Below are positions 12,101-26,886 of a DNA stretch of 64,000 bases, one piece after another. The notes under the pieces were generated by a model, which was given only the letters and a program-made list of their open reading frames with translations, did not search any database and was not told the DNA's origin. The stretch is from Seison nebaliae (lineage: Eukaryota), in contig JALJEE010000226.1 in assembly GCA_023231475.1 (NCBI GenBank), positions 1-64,000 on the forward strand, read 5' to 3'. A program made the translations under genes and the position numbers. Position 1 is the first letter of the stretch. Each line of letters opens with the position of its first letter.

Positions 12101-15100
12101 ACCAATATTTGTATTGCATTGTGATGTAATGACATTTGGTTTTTAAAGGAAAAAAACCATAAAAAAATGGGAAGACGATGAAAGAATTGTGAGAGGAATT
12201 GATTAATCAATTAATCAATGAATCAATAATTATTATTTGTTCATTTATGTACATTAAGAGGAGATGTTATCTTCAACTCGGAAAAATCGGAACATTTAAT
12301 CATTGTATGATTGTAATGTAGAAGAAATATTTTATGTATATTGGTGATTGTGTTATTGCGACCCACATGTCAGTCTCATCGACCTAATCGACCGATGACG
12401 ATGTAATTGATCGCCGTTGTAACATTACGATGAATTAGAAATTCCATCAAGTTTTTCTTTTCTTGCATCATTAATATTCCTCTTCCGCATGTATATTATT
12501 TTGTATTGATATATGTCTATGTATACCTTCTCCTTTTCCTACCCACAATCACAGAAAGAAATTGGTAAATTATTTTTGGGGACATTGTTTATGTCGTTTC
12601 CATTAAAACAACACTTATAGGTACACACAAAGGTAGTCGCAGTAGTAGTTAGATGGATGTGTGTATGTGTATATACATCGATGTCTAGTCGAGGTAAGGG
12701 AATTGAGAGAATATACATTCGTTTCATATGCTGCGATCTATTCAACTTACTATCACTTCATTCGACGAAGAAACTAGAAGTTTTAGTGGTTTTCTCGTCA
12801 CAGTTCTCCTCACACACTTCTTCCATCCACACTATATCAAGAGGGGAAGAACGTTTAATACGCTAACCCAACCATTTTTTCTAACAACATTCTGCTACAT
12901 TAAAGTGAGAAAAGTTTTCCAGATTTTCGAACGACACTGTAAATTCTTTGTTGTTAAATTGGATTTCTTTCGTCGTCGTTTGTTTAATCTTCATGTTTCT
13001 CATCAAAGTTTAATCTTTATTCATTAATCAAGATAAATTATTCGTTCTTCCGTTCGTTCATTCTTCCGTTAAATTACGAAACTTACTCTTGGGTAAACCA
13101 TATTTCCATAAAATATATTCTACTCATTATGTAACAATGTGAAAATGACCGGATTGTTGCATAATGTAATCTCCGTATCATATTGAGATAATCAGACGAT
13201 TTGCATGTAAGAATGTGACTGACTGAATAATATTTCTTATCAAATCATCGATGAACATCAATCAATTCCCATAAAAAATAAACAATTTGCATACTGCATC
13301 GGTTTCAAAGAGACACTAATTTTTTTTCCTGATTGCCAAATATATTTTTTGGAAATCCCTTCTTATTCTCGATTTAATATATAGACAGGAAAAATAGACA
13401 GAATAAACGACGAAATATGATCCATTAATATTCCGTAGTAATTCCCATCATTTATATGTTTTCTTAACTGATTCTTCACTGGGATGGGAAGATAGGAAAC
13501 ATGTCAATCCCTTATGTTCTTTCCACTATCATAAAACGAGAATTTATAAAGATAATTTGTTAAAAATAAGCTAGTCTAGCTAAGTCACTTTTCTTACAAG
13601 CTTAGAGATAGCAAGCTAAGTCTAATTCGCGAGAACGAGAAATCTTCACTTTTACGTCTTCCGATTTAATTGTCGCGCTTCGATACCATTGTCTCCCATA
13701 CGATATCAGGGAGACTTTCCTTTACTACACACTGAAAAAAGAAAAAGATGTGTTAAAAAAAACGGAAGAAGAATTAGTTATGCAGACTCTTCGATTCGTC
13801 CACAACACAGAATGAAAGAAGAGATAATCCCTGTCTATCAGTTGTGTCGGTGAATGGACATAGGAACGATGGGAAAAATTCTCGAAATAATCTTCGAGAA
13901 TGAATAAGTAGAATGACCGACGGCTATTTGTTTGACTTGATAATTCAACAGAAAAATCTTCAAAGATAACAACCAAATTGGCTATCGAAAACTCAGATTT
14001 CTTTTGTAGAACCTCGCTATGTTCCTTTTTCTATTTTTTCAAAGAAAAGGGAAATTATTGTCTAAATTTACATAATTTCACATCAAGTAACTCTTATAGA
14101 TAAGGTTAGTTTTTTCCCGCTTGTTCCTAAATAGTCAGTTAAGAAAATCCAGCACATTCCTAATAAATAAATTGATGTAACGAACGTAAATTACTTGAAA
14201 AAAATGAATTGAACGAAATTGATTGTCAATCAACTGGGTATGATAAACATCAAGTCTATGATCTTTTTATACGCCTACTTCTTTCTTCTTATTCTTTTCC
14301 TTAAAGAACAGAAGAACTTAAACTAGGATGAAGACGAAAACCATATCTCATATATCATATAATTACTTATTTTCTTCATTCATTATGTAAAGTGACGATA
14401 ACCAATTGAGAAAGATCACGCAACTACGAAGCGTCTATCAACGAAAACTTTCCGCTTCGCGTGATCCAATTCATTAAATTGCTGTCCAGTTGGCCATTTT
14501 CGTAACGAAATGAACACTTCTCGAATAATGAGGAAAGTAAGGAAATTCTTTTTTTTTTGGAGTAAAAAAATTAAAGTTAATTTCTATTGACTAATTTCGT
14601 CGTGTGCCAACTAGTCAGTTAATTTTCGTATCAGAATTCAATGTGACATATTTTGCAACTGAAAAAAATTTCAAAAATATTTTATTTATTTCAAGTAATT
14701 TTCAGAAGGCAAATGTTTCTATGAGTTCGAAATGAAAAATTGTATTTATATTCCGCATGTCCTAATAATTTTTATATCAACATCGTTGGATGATTAGATT
14801 AGTGTTAACAAGATTGATAGATATCCATATGTATATCAATAATAGTTGTGCAGATGTTATTTGTGTAAGTTATTCCTGTGAAAGTAAAATAGTCGATCAT
14901 GCTTCGTTTTATGGAGAAACTTGAGAGTAAATATGTGTGGAAGTTTATTATTTATTTGTCTTATTAATTAGAATCTGTTGAAATCGGTAATGAGACGGAT
15001 TCGACGATGGTGGCCGCACGTCTTATTTGCTTTTCTCACATGTTTCGCATCAATATCGTCGCGAAGCTATCGATCAACAACGGATGTTTGAACAACACTA

Positions 15101-18100
15101 CAATTACAAAACCATGAGAAGGAGAACCAATATTCATTTCATTCTGCTCCATTCTGATTTTATTTCTTATTTAATTGAATTAAATGAATACGTTTGAAAA
15201 ATAATGAATTCTTATTCACCAGATTAATGGCAAAAAAGTTATTTAATTATATCGGCAAATAAGAAATCGTAAAATTTCCATCTATTTTTAAAAGTAAATA
15301 ATTTTGAGTTGAACTTGAAATATTTGAGTTTTTTAAAGAAAACATGTTATTTCGATGATTAGCTATTATGTGATTTAACGTTCATTCATAAATTTTATTA
15401 GAACTCATTCTACCACCTATAATTTTCATTAAAAAAAATCAATAAGACAAGCTCATTGTTATTTATGGGGAGGACGAGCCTACTCTCGACACATTTCCAT
15501 TTTTCAATGGTTTGACTTTAATCATGACAATACGTATGATGAGATTGATGATGTGCATTGAATGAAAGATTGGAACTCATCAGCTGCTCATTCAGCTAAC
15601 GACAATTGTCCTGTATGTGAGAGAATGACTACCGCTCTATTCCGTAGGATCAATTGAAAAGCAATGCATACGGTAATGATGGTTGTGTCGAGCAGGAGTC
15701 TACTATATATAGAGTGGCAATAAAAAAAAAGATAAAAGAACTTGATGAAGAGAATAGTGCGCTATTCAACTCGTTACCGCTCCCAAACACCAACTGCAAC
15801 CACAACAATTTTATTTAGTTGGTACGGGGAATATCACCATTATTATTCTTATCGAGCTGTTACTAGAAAAGAATCGATATAATATTCTCTATTTTGAATA
15901 TGTTTGTCAATAATTGGAAACTACCAGTTCTCCCCTCCCCTCACCACCGACGAGATAATTAAATAATATTTCCAACATAATTATTAGGAGAATCTTTCTG
16001 GACATGTGTAGAAAAGGAATGATCATAAATATGCCAATAATTATGATTCAATGAATTCCCAATTCGTCTAATTTGCATTTTTTCTACAACTACCATCATT
16101 TCATTGATGCAGTAATATGCAATATATTTAATTATGACCAGGATGTATTTGGGATTTAGAGAAATGGAATAACATATTATTAAAACGTCCATTCACCGAT
16201 CAGATGAGGAGAGACCATAAGTCTTCACTGTTCAATTGAATCTCTTGAAGACAGAGAGAAGTTCAATTTCTCTAAAGATAAATAGATAAATTATCACCAG
16301 CATCATAAAAATAAAGAGAAGAATTTAATGTGCAATCAATTGTACCGGGTATCGCATGTGCATTCTCACAACGACATCACAGACAGATGGCTCTCGACAT
16401 TGACGCTATTTTATACGTCCTGTTCCGAGCGGCTCACATGATCAATTTGATGACGAAGGTCTCCTTTCTCATTGAGTTCTCCAAAAAACTAACTTCGTAC
16501 TAGAAAAGTTAGTGAGATATCTTCTGTATCGTCATCGATAAATTAATGTTTACATGAAAATGGAGATCGTCAGAAATATTGTTACGATTATGTTTATAGA
16601 AATTTGATCGCAATCAAAACTATTCCAAGTACATAGAATGGGAACTTCGATCAATATCCATCTACACATGGATATTTGTTCATTTATTTGATAATGAAAT
16701 ATTCTACCTGATTTCCTCTCATTCATATCAATCTCCAATGTACCTCCAATCCCATTCCATTCCATTATTCCATTCGACAGATAAACTTCTTTCCAGTTTT
16801 CTTTTTTCTCAATTCGATGAAACACAATTTCTCTCAATTCAGATAACATCTCAAATTCATATGATCTTATTTTTCTTTATCTTCACAATCTCTTCATCAT
16901 TCTCCTTTTCTCATATTTCATCTTCTTCCAATTCTTTCGTATAGTTCATAAATATATTTCCATCAATTAAGTTCTGCGATTTCCGTCATCACTTATTAAT
17001 TGACGATGGAACATTTTTTTTGATTGTGTCATGATAATTTTCACACCGTTGCTCAATATTATTGTGGTTTTGTGGAGGAGAGAACGAGTGCTAATTCTTT
17101 CACGACACGTTGAAACTGATCACATTATTCCTTCCTGTCAAATAATAAGGAGAATGGAATTGAAGAATGATAAGACATTCATCAAATCCCCATTAATTCC
17201 GTGGTGGACAATAATAGACGAAAGAAATTTTCCCATTTTCCAGACATGTGTCAACTAGTGATGGAATCTGATTCCACTTTTTATTATGTTCTCCTGATTT
17301 ATTTTCTTCGTCTTCGTATCTTTAGTAATAAATTGAAATTAGTTTTTTATTTTATTTGTTCCCAATAATTTCTCAAATATTTCTTTCGAAAGAAGACAAA
17401 TCAATTATTTTCAGTAGACGCAAATTAATTTGGACCGATTAAAAGTTTCACAACAAAAGAAAGATAATTTCTCTTGATCTTCAACTATCAGACATTTTCA
17501 CGCTAATGGCGATGATTAAGGTGTTATGATTAGATTGTGTGCAAAAGAAGACGTCGATCAATAAGTGTCGATTGGCGCTAATCGAATTTCATATTAATGA
17601 TTTCCATGTGTAATGAGAGAGATGTGTATCGATTTAACAATTATAAGAAAGTACATTAAGTGAATCGGAGGAAAGATCGTGAAATTTTAATCGAGAGATT
17701 TATTTATTATTTTTTCACGAGAAACATCTTCTCCATACGTGGGGATTTGTGAACGCGAATATTGCATTAATCGAGTGATGATGACGGTAACCGGAAATCC
17801 TTTGTTAGATTAACGCTTCTCGTCTACTTCACTTTTCTCTTAATACCTCACTCTCTCGTCGATGTCTTTGTTTCCGATTCTCCCATTCATTATTGACCAC
17901 TTCATTCCCATTACCATAATCAGTTTCGTGTGCGAGATTTTAAGTGACATGTTCTCCATCATCGTCTGTGTACGATCAATGTTCCTTCTCAATACCTTTT
18001 TCCCATTGTTTCCTTTTCCGAAGGTGATTTCTCCATTAGAGAACAATGTGGACAGTTGAGAACAGATGGGAAATGATCGATTCTCCTAGTACTACTCAAA

Positions 18101-21100
18101 GGAAAAGGACGATCATCATCGTACGTTCTTCAGTCAAATAAATATTTATGTGATGTGATCAAGAATACTCGAAAGAAATGGACGAATAGTGGATAATGAA
18201 GAATAGATCATCATCGACCAACAAGAAAAAGATTGTTTTATGAAAATGATTTGTTTCTTCTCATAATCATATTCATTGTCGTCAAACACATAACGCTATC
18301 TACACTGTGTAGACGTATGTAGTAGAACGTCGAGTAGGGAACATACAAAAAGTTTTTCATAGTTTCTTTGTAGCTGCACAAGTTATTATCGTTAACAGCC
18401 ATTCGAACTATTTGCATGAATGGTTGTTGAACGAGATCTAACGAAACGACTCTGCCATCAACAAAATAATAACAAACATAACTGAAACAAGGTCGATAAA
18501 TTTGCATTCATAATTAGTTGAATGTTATACGATTTCCCTCCAACTAGTTAGCTAATATTCTTTTCTCCGTTTATATATTTAAATAGATAAGTTGTCTTTC
18601 TTTCCTTTTTCATATTTTCCGTCAAAATATTTCTTTCTTTTCATGTCTCCTTTTCCCATTTCTTCGAGAAGAAGAAATTATTTGTTTCATATAAAACAAT
18701 CTTGACGGTTACTTCTTATTATCAGCTGTTTCTCTACATTTCAACGGTTCAGTTGTAATGAAACAAGCTGTTTGTTCCTTTCATTCTTCTCTTAACATTC
18801 AAGTGGTTATTACACAATATTATTGTTATTTTAAAGTAAAAGTCTTTTTCGAATTGTTCTTCATCTCATTTTAGGAAGTTTCATTTCTTAACGTTCACCG
18901 AAAACCCCATTATTCTTCTAACTAATAAATTCTCAATAAATCAATGACGGAAAGTGAGTAGATAATAAATCAAATTCAGAAGAAACTTCTGGAACATTTC
19001 TGATGGACGACCTTTACTTCGATGCTCATCATCTTCTGAAACATTCTTGTTTATCCATCGACTACATGTAGATAAACAACAGAAAGAATTTAATCGACAT
19101 CTTTTTGTAAAAAATGAAATTTTCAATTGCTTTTTCTTGTTGATATTAGATCTTTCATATTCGTTCTGATATGACTCACGATAATAAGAAGCATTATTAA
19201 TGTAATTCTACTATGACTAAATCGATCTATCTATTTCTTCAATGTATCAATTCGGAAAGATTATTCATCTACCACCTATGGTTCTTGGTAGAGCTACATA
19301 GGTCTCTCAGAATCAGATCTACTTCCCACAGATAACGAGTACATATTTCCAATGTGAGGATATTAGATAAATGTTGCATATAATGACGCAACAGATGTGT
19401 GTATGTGAATCACAGAACGAGTCATGGCCGTATGCACGGCATTTCTCATAAATCATCTCTATCCTTCCACATTTCCATTTCACCGAGTGTAAGTGGCAAT
19501 ATCAATTGTCTGATAATGTAGAGCGCGGTTTCCGTTTAAAAGATTCTCACAATAACTTTTGAGGAATATCAGAACTTCTTACATAATTCATTTCACAATC
19601 AACATATGCCATTAACTCTGGGAATTAGTTCAATATAAATTTATGAAACATATGTATCTGTTTATGGGAGTGATGGTGTACTTGTGTATGTGTTCTTATA
19701 TGGACACAAAATGTATGCATGTCCCTATGTACTGAAACGTCGACTGGATTTAAGCATGTTGTTTAAGCTTACGTAGGTATTTCCTATACCTCATCTGTGT
19801 ATGTATCAATCAATGTTCGTTGAATGATGAAAAGATTACGAACCAATTTGCTGTCGACCGAAATTTCATCTATATTCGCCTAAGTTCAAGGTTGGTTGAG
19901 GCGTTTCTTTCCTAATATTCCCAACATTCAATTTTCCCACAAAAAACTTATATTTTCGCTTCCGTCAATTTCATTTCTTCAACAAAAATTTGCATTCGAT
20001 AAATTCGACGGACAATTCGCCAAATGCATCACATTCAAAAAAAAACCAGGGCTTAATCGAATCAACATCTTCATCTTTAATATCTTTGTAATCTCATCGA
20101 TAAATTACGCGACAAATTTTACTACAAAAAAAACTTCATTTTTTTTCTTTTTCATGTACTTCTTCATCTTTTACCAGTTTCCATTGTTATTTAGTGAAAA
20201 GTAATAGGTAAAAAATTATATTGATTTTCATAAAAAGTCAATTATCGATTTTAATCAAACAATTTTTCTGATTTTTTTTATAAAAAAATTTTACATTTTC
20301 AAAAATTTTTTTCTCATTCGGTTTATCGATTTATTGGAATAATCGATGGAAGTGGAGAATTTTGCGTGTATCAAATATAAAATATTAATTAAGATCACAT
20401 CACTTCTTCATTAATTATCGGAAGCGATTCAATATTATTTTCAATTGAACACGATTTCCGCTGACCGAAACGTTATTCACTTCCCTATTCTATCAGGATA
20501 ATTATGGGACAAACAACGTCAAATCAAAGAAGAAAGACAAGGAAATACTTTTCTTTTTCATCAATTCTACTATTTCTACATTTTTTAATCGTCTCAATAA
20601 TTTCATTGTCTTTTCTACTCCACTACCATAACAGGAATGAAAGAAGTGAAAGGAAAATTTTTCCCAATAAAAAATACCATGAATTCCATTTCCCAAACTG
20701 AGTGTTTTAATGGGAAAGAAATTAGCAACCACAATCGACTCAACAGAATAATTTTCTCACCTCCATTTTCTCCCACCAAAATTATGTTATGTGGAAATAT
20801 TTGGAGTGAAGTTACTTCTTTTATTGATGATGTGGGAAGAAATGAAGGTTGGAACGCGTTCATCGAAATATGACTTTTTTCAGTCTAATGTTGGCTCAAT
20901 TGACTATCATATTGCTAAGTTACCATAGTAAATGGTAAATACTATATCTACTTCCTTAATCATCGAGACTATTTAGACTAAAGGGAGAGAATCATCAGTT
21001 GTATAAATGAGATGAAGGAGAAAAAAAGGAAGTGAATGTTTCGTCCCTTCCAGTGTCAACATGACGTCTGGTGGCAAAGGTGAACAGACAGACATTGATG

Positions 21101-23951
21101 TTTGATATCGTTTGAATAATTGAGTAAACATTTCAATTTCATTTTTCCCCATAATTCTGCGTTCAACTGAATTATTTTGGAGTTCTTCAATTCACCACAA
21201 ACTTGTGTTTACACATTCTGCATTAAATTGGCGCTTTTCCCCCGAATAAACCTGATGAAGAGGATTATTATATCATCTGTTACTCCCAGTAACCATGTCC
21301 TTGGTAACAGGAAAACATATTTGCAACGAGCAAAAATATGAATGCAAATTTTTCAGAAATAGATTAAGGATAAGTCGCTAAGGTTGTTCTAGATTCTTAT
21401 TATTTTTTCCGCACCTCTCGTTCTGTCTTTTCTTTAATACTTCCTATCGTCGCTTGATCAATTGAAAAATATGTTATTGGAAGAAATTTGAAAAAGAAGG
21501 AAGTCCCGATTAGAAAAAGGAGAATGACATAACCAAATGAATATCTAATCAGTTCCTGTTGTTATTGCAAGACAAAACAATTGAGAAGACATAGTAGAAA
21601 TATCGTTGTGAGATTAACTTCATTCTTTACACACAAATAATATTATTCCTCTTTTTTTCTGGTTCTCATTGTTGTAACATATTGACTGTTACATACAAGA
21701 ATGATATTTTCCAACAATAATACTTTCATCAATTATCATCATCATCATCATGATCGATATGATAATTATAAATTCATTTCATTAAATGATTATTTTCAAT
21801 TATTTTCTCTATTTTATCCTAATTCATTCTCCTATGCACCATCATGAAATATGGTCATATTTCCAGTATACGATGTTATTTAGTTCTTCGTCTATTTCTG
21901 GTATAATAGTTCGGTGGCAAATTGAACTGGAGGAAGTGCGTATTAATAGGAAGAAGAAAAAGGAAAACATTAGAAGAAATAAATAAAAGATCAATATATG
22001 TTCGATATGTTACATAATGTCGATATAATGGAGAAGAATTGAAACTTATCAATTTTTCCACATTAATAAAATTCAGTTGAAGGTTGAAGTACATATTGTT
22101 CTACTTCATTTTCACACTCTCTCCCCACGATAGACGAGAAAGAAAATTTTTTGTAGAAACACCGAAAAGTGAAGTAGATTATTCATCTTTTCTCATTACC
22201 TTTCCAAATCATATTTTCCGTATGGAAATTCTTCCCCCTTAAATATTCGCGTTTCGGGGCATGTTTAATTCATTTCAGTTGCGTGAAGCAAGATGGTTAG
22301 TGTTGAAACGACATCCGTAACCGTATCGTCGACCGCACTGTTGATGGAATCATTCGATCGACGAGAAGGCCATATACAAATTGTTGTATATGAAATGAAC
22401 ATTTCGCTCGTCGTAAACAATTGCTAAGTAGAACAAGCGTAACGATCAATTAAATGTTATTCAATGATATGTGATATAATTCGCACATTGTGAATGAAAA
22501 GTAACTAGCAATTTATCTTGTTTTAACGAATTTAAATGACGCCATATCAAAAATTTTCATTCTCCTTCCAACGCCATTCAACTTTTCCATCTAAATAATT
22601 AAGTTGACATATTAAATTAGTAAACATTTGATGGATGATTTTTATTGATAAAAATGATTGTAATTCATCTAAATTTCTTTTTTGGAAGAATAAATAGAAA
22701 ACACTTTTTTTTTTTCATAATTCACATATCATGAAACTTTGTACTGATAGTCATACAATATATGTTCTCCTCTTATAAAGCACGACCAATAAATAACGAC
22801 ATTTTTCTCATATAAGACATCTTCATTGATAATCATTAAGCATGGCACAAAGTTCCACTTTCTCCTGTTGTATAATGATAAGGTTTATATCTCGAAATAT
22901 CGACGAAAGACATGTATCAAACTGCTATCAGTCTTTCATATTATAATAATTGTTCAATCGCAATCTACATTTTCTTTTTGAAAAGTTTTTTGTAAAATGA
23001 GAACTGGGAACAAGTTGGCTATGTGTAACCCGTACTATTCACAACATCTTCCCCTACCTCCGCTATACCAGTACTAAACAAGTAGTTGTATGTAGATAAA
23101 ATGCAACGGTCTAATCATAATCATTTATCAAATTCGACCTCACTAGAAATAATGAAGTAATTATTTTTTCAAAAATGAATCATTCTCCTCCATCTCATCC
23201 TATCATACGATGTAAATGATTTATTTCTCATTATTTATCGTATTACTAATAATTAGTGTTATGTTGAGTTCAGCAAGTTCGCTATCGATGATGAAACAAA
23301 ATGTATTTAAAGACGTTCCTACTCTTTCAATTAAAAGTAACAATCTACTTCTGTTCATCGTCTTCCTCATTCCCTTCGACCTCGTACAGACCGGAGAGAT
23401 TACTTTCCATTTCATTCAAAAAAAAACTACTTTGGTTCTTTGACCTTCTAATCATCCTATGCGTCTAACTTTTTTGATTGCTCATTAGATAACGTAAGGT
23501 ATCGTTTTCGTTTTCTTTTCCAGTTTAATTCACAACTTTCTTATTTTGATTAAGTCGCAAGTCGTTGGTCTAATGAGATTTTTTTTACAAACACATTTCA
23601 ACTATCTACTCCTCATTATTTTCATCGACATCGATGTTCGATCGAACTTAATCATCATTTTCTACTAGAATAATTTGAGAGTTTACGCAAAAATTCCGAT
23701 TGCCGCTCGATGTGATGATGATGAGTGATTAAATCCATCATCAGTTATGTTATCAGTAAATGAAATTTGAGTTGGTTAAGTCCGATCACCATCACGTAAC
23801 TTTCCAAATCGAATTTGTAAATAGTAGCAGATTTTTCACTTTTGACCTGATGTGCAGACATGATGCAAAGTTACTGCACATTCAATTCGAACAGTCATTT
23901 CGATTTTATTGAACATAAATTTACACTTTTTCATTGTTTCTCCTCTTAGAA

Positions 23952-25489
23952 ATGAATTTTTTCCATCAAATAATATTTTCATTAGGAACATTATTTATTT
24001 ATGTTTCTGGTGCAGTGAGGCCGCAAGACTGCTATCCGTCATGTCAATGTGGAGCTTCGAGTATTATGAGATGTGATTATTCCGTAGTGCAAACGGATCA
24101 CTTTCAGGACTTCCTTAAACTCAACAATTTCAACGGATTCATCCAAATCGTTTCTAAAACACCTGTCGATGTTGAACCGTTATTTAATGACGGTGATGAA
24201 TATCGTGTTATTTATAATCTGACTATCAATTCACTCCATCCTGATTCTTTACGTGGAATGGTGTCCGTCAATGTCAACATTAGTCAAATGAAAACATTAC
24301 CCAAATATTTCTGTTCAAATGTTCGATTGTTGGAACTTTATGATATTAATGTGGACGAAGTGGATTCGGAAGCATGTCCTCATACTACACGAGTCACTTT
24401 CAATGGAGGTAATTCAAAATCAATTCAAAAATTCTTAGATAACGCTCCCTCGTTAAATCGAGTATATATTAATTTAAAGAAAGGACAATTTGAAAATTTC
24501 AATTTCCCCGATAAAGTTCGACGATTAGTCATCGAAGATACAGGGATCAGATCATTGGGTGATTCGGCAATTGTTGGGAAGAATATTGAGAAATTGTTAT
24601 TGAAGAACAATCGATATTTGATGAAATTGAAGAGTGGTGCATTCAATAGAACGAGAAATGTGAGGAATTTGGTAATAGAAGGAAATGGAATCACTTCACT
24701 TCCGAGAGAATTATTCAAAAATTTGAATAATCTCAAAACCCTTCAATTGTTCAATAATCGAATTACTCATTTGAAACGACTCGATTTCTCACCATCAGGT
24801 AAAGTGGAACTTTTACTCGACGAGAAATTCCTTCAACGTATTAGCGAGAATGCATTTTGTAGTGTCAACAACGAATTTAAGAAGATCGATCTCCGACAAA
24901 CTCCAGGTTCAATTTAATTTTTTCGAAAATTTAAATTTTTAATTTTTTGTGTTTAGCTGAAATTCCTACTTGTGCGTTGAATATGTTGAGAAATAATCCG
25001 GATGTTACACTCAAAAAGGAAAAGAATAAATGTTCCTGTGATTTTATGATGTTGGCGAGTGTGTTGGAAGTGACACCGCGTGTTGATACAACATGTGAGA
25101 TGGGAAGTATTGCCGTTGGATTGAAATTTAGTTATTTCAATGTGAAAAAATCGCCTTGTATAGACGAGGAATGGAAAACGAAAGAAGAGGATAAGAAATG
25201 GGACATGATTAATTCGTGTGAACAATTGTGTGAGAACACTGAGGAACCGACGACGACAAGTGAAAAGAATAATTGGTCCACAACACAAGCGGATGATATC
25301 GATATTGGCGATGAGATTTTCGTTAAGAAAGAGAAAGCTGATTCGCAACAATTGAAAGAGACGAATATGAATAATGATGCGAGAATTACCGACGGTTCAC
25401 CAAACACTGCCAATATCCAAATGAATAATTCAATAATTTCCGTCATTCTCTCCATCTCCGCACTCTACTTACTCGTCAATTATTCGTAA
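23952..25489 (+). CDS. Secreted/GPI-anchored leucine-rich repeat protein, 2 exons
   Basis: Signal peptide, Cys N-cap (CYPSCQC), LRRs (LPRELFKNLNNLKTLQLFNNRI), C-cap (CSCD) and a hydrophobic C-terminus. Intron 24907-24956 (GTT..TAG) joins the two ORFs in frame. Confidence 0.8.
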
Positions 25490-26886
25490 GATGAAATGTT
25501 TGTGGAAATGTTAAATTATGCTCAGTTGATAAATAATATTGATTAGACAAGTCAACAACAAAAACAACAACAATTACTTCCAATGCCGGTTCACAGCTCT
25601 CTGGAACATTCAATTTATATTTCGACATTTCATCGTCTTTCTTTCTCGTTTCCTTTCCTTTACGATTTTGTTATTTCTCTTCTGGGATTTTCAACGATTT
25701 TTATTTTCGTTAAAAAACAAACTATTTTTTTTCTAATTCGCAAACACGAATCAACAGAAATATGAAAAGATATTTTATTGTATACATTATTCTAATTGAA
25801 ATTTTTAATCATCAATCTCCTCCTTCTTTTTTCAAAAAAAAACAAACACACATTCTTTCCCTTATTATGTTGATCAATTACTTCTTTTTTGCATATCTCT
25901 ATTTGCAGTATTTTAAATAATTCTGAGATTAGCAATGGTCAATGATGCAGGAGATGATTTTCTTTTATTTATAACACTTTCGAATTCTATTCATTCATTT
26001 TGCACCAGCAATAATTCGGTTGCTAACTTATCTCCGTCATATGATCAATTTGTGATATCATAATTATTGTCATCGTTATGAATGTTATCAACACACATTA
26101 TCAATATCTCTATTTATTTTTTTAAGCTAATTCTTACTCATCTCCAATTCATATGATGCGATAGTTGATGGCATATAATCATCATCATTTTCATCATCAT
26201 CATCTTTCGCTTTCACCTCATTCCTGTCCATAATTGACATTATGAGATCCTTTTTTCCAATGAACAATGTAATCAATGTTCAATTTCAGAAACTTCTTCT
26301 TTTTCATTTCATCAACATTTTTCAAACATTTTATTATAAGAATTTCAATACGAAAATTATTATTCAAAATAAAGATAACATATTTTGAAATCTAACAACA
26401 AAAAAAACACTAACAAAAAACTTGTAGAAATCATCAGAAGGATAATAATATGGAAATTTTTTGATCCTTATTATTCAATCCTTAACTTGAACTTTTCCTA
26501 CTCCACAAACATTTTTAATGAAACAATTTTATTTAAGAAGAATTTTCAATTCATTCAATTAATTCCACACTGTCTGGTCGAATGTCACTGTCGAGTAGTA
26601 AAAATTTGCGTTTTGACACTTTCCTTCGACAATACTCTTCATTTGGATAGTCGTTTTGTTTATTATTCGAATTTGTTTTGATCAACCAAAAAAATTTCAT
26701 GATCTAAAAATAAAAAATAGTTTTAGAATTTTCTATAAATATACCTTTTCTCTCTCATTCTTTCTCAGTAGTCTCAATTTCAACAGTTCATGCAACAATT
26801 CAATCAAGAAACAAAGAATTCTTTTTTTGTTAAGGTGTTAAGTGATTAGTTTTTTATAGCACGGATAAGTTCAGTTTTGAGATGAC

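Noticed and set aside
15540..15620. CTGATGAG hammerhead core on the minus strand (similar CTGATGA at 21252)
   Set aside because: No stem II followed by GAAA, and no closing stems.
22904..23060. Seed-like matches to miR-71, miR-100 and let-7
   Set aside because: Matches stop after 7-10 nt and there is no precursor-sized hairpin.
20504..23443. Short hydrophobic ORFs at 20504 and 23216
   Set aside because: Expected from T-rich DNA; no supporting exons or motifs.
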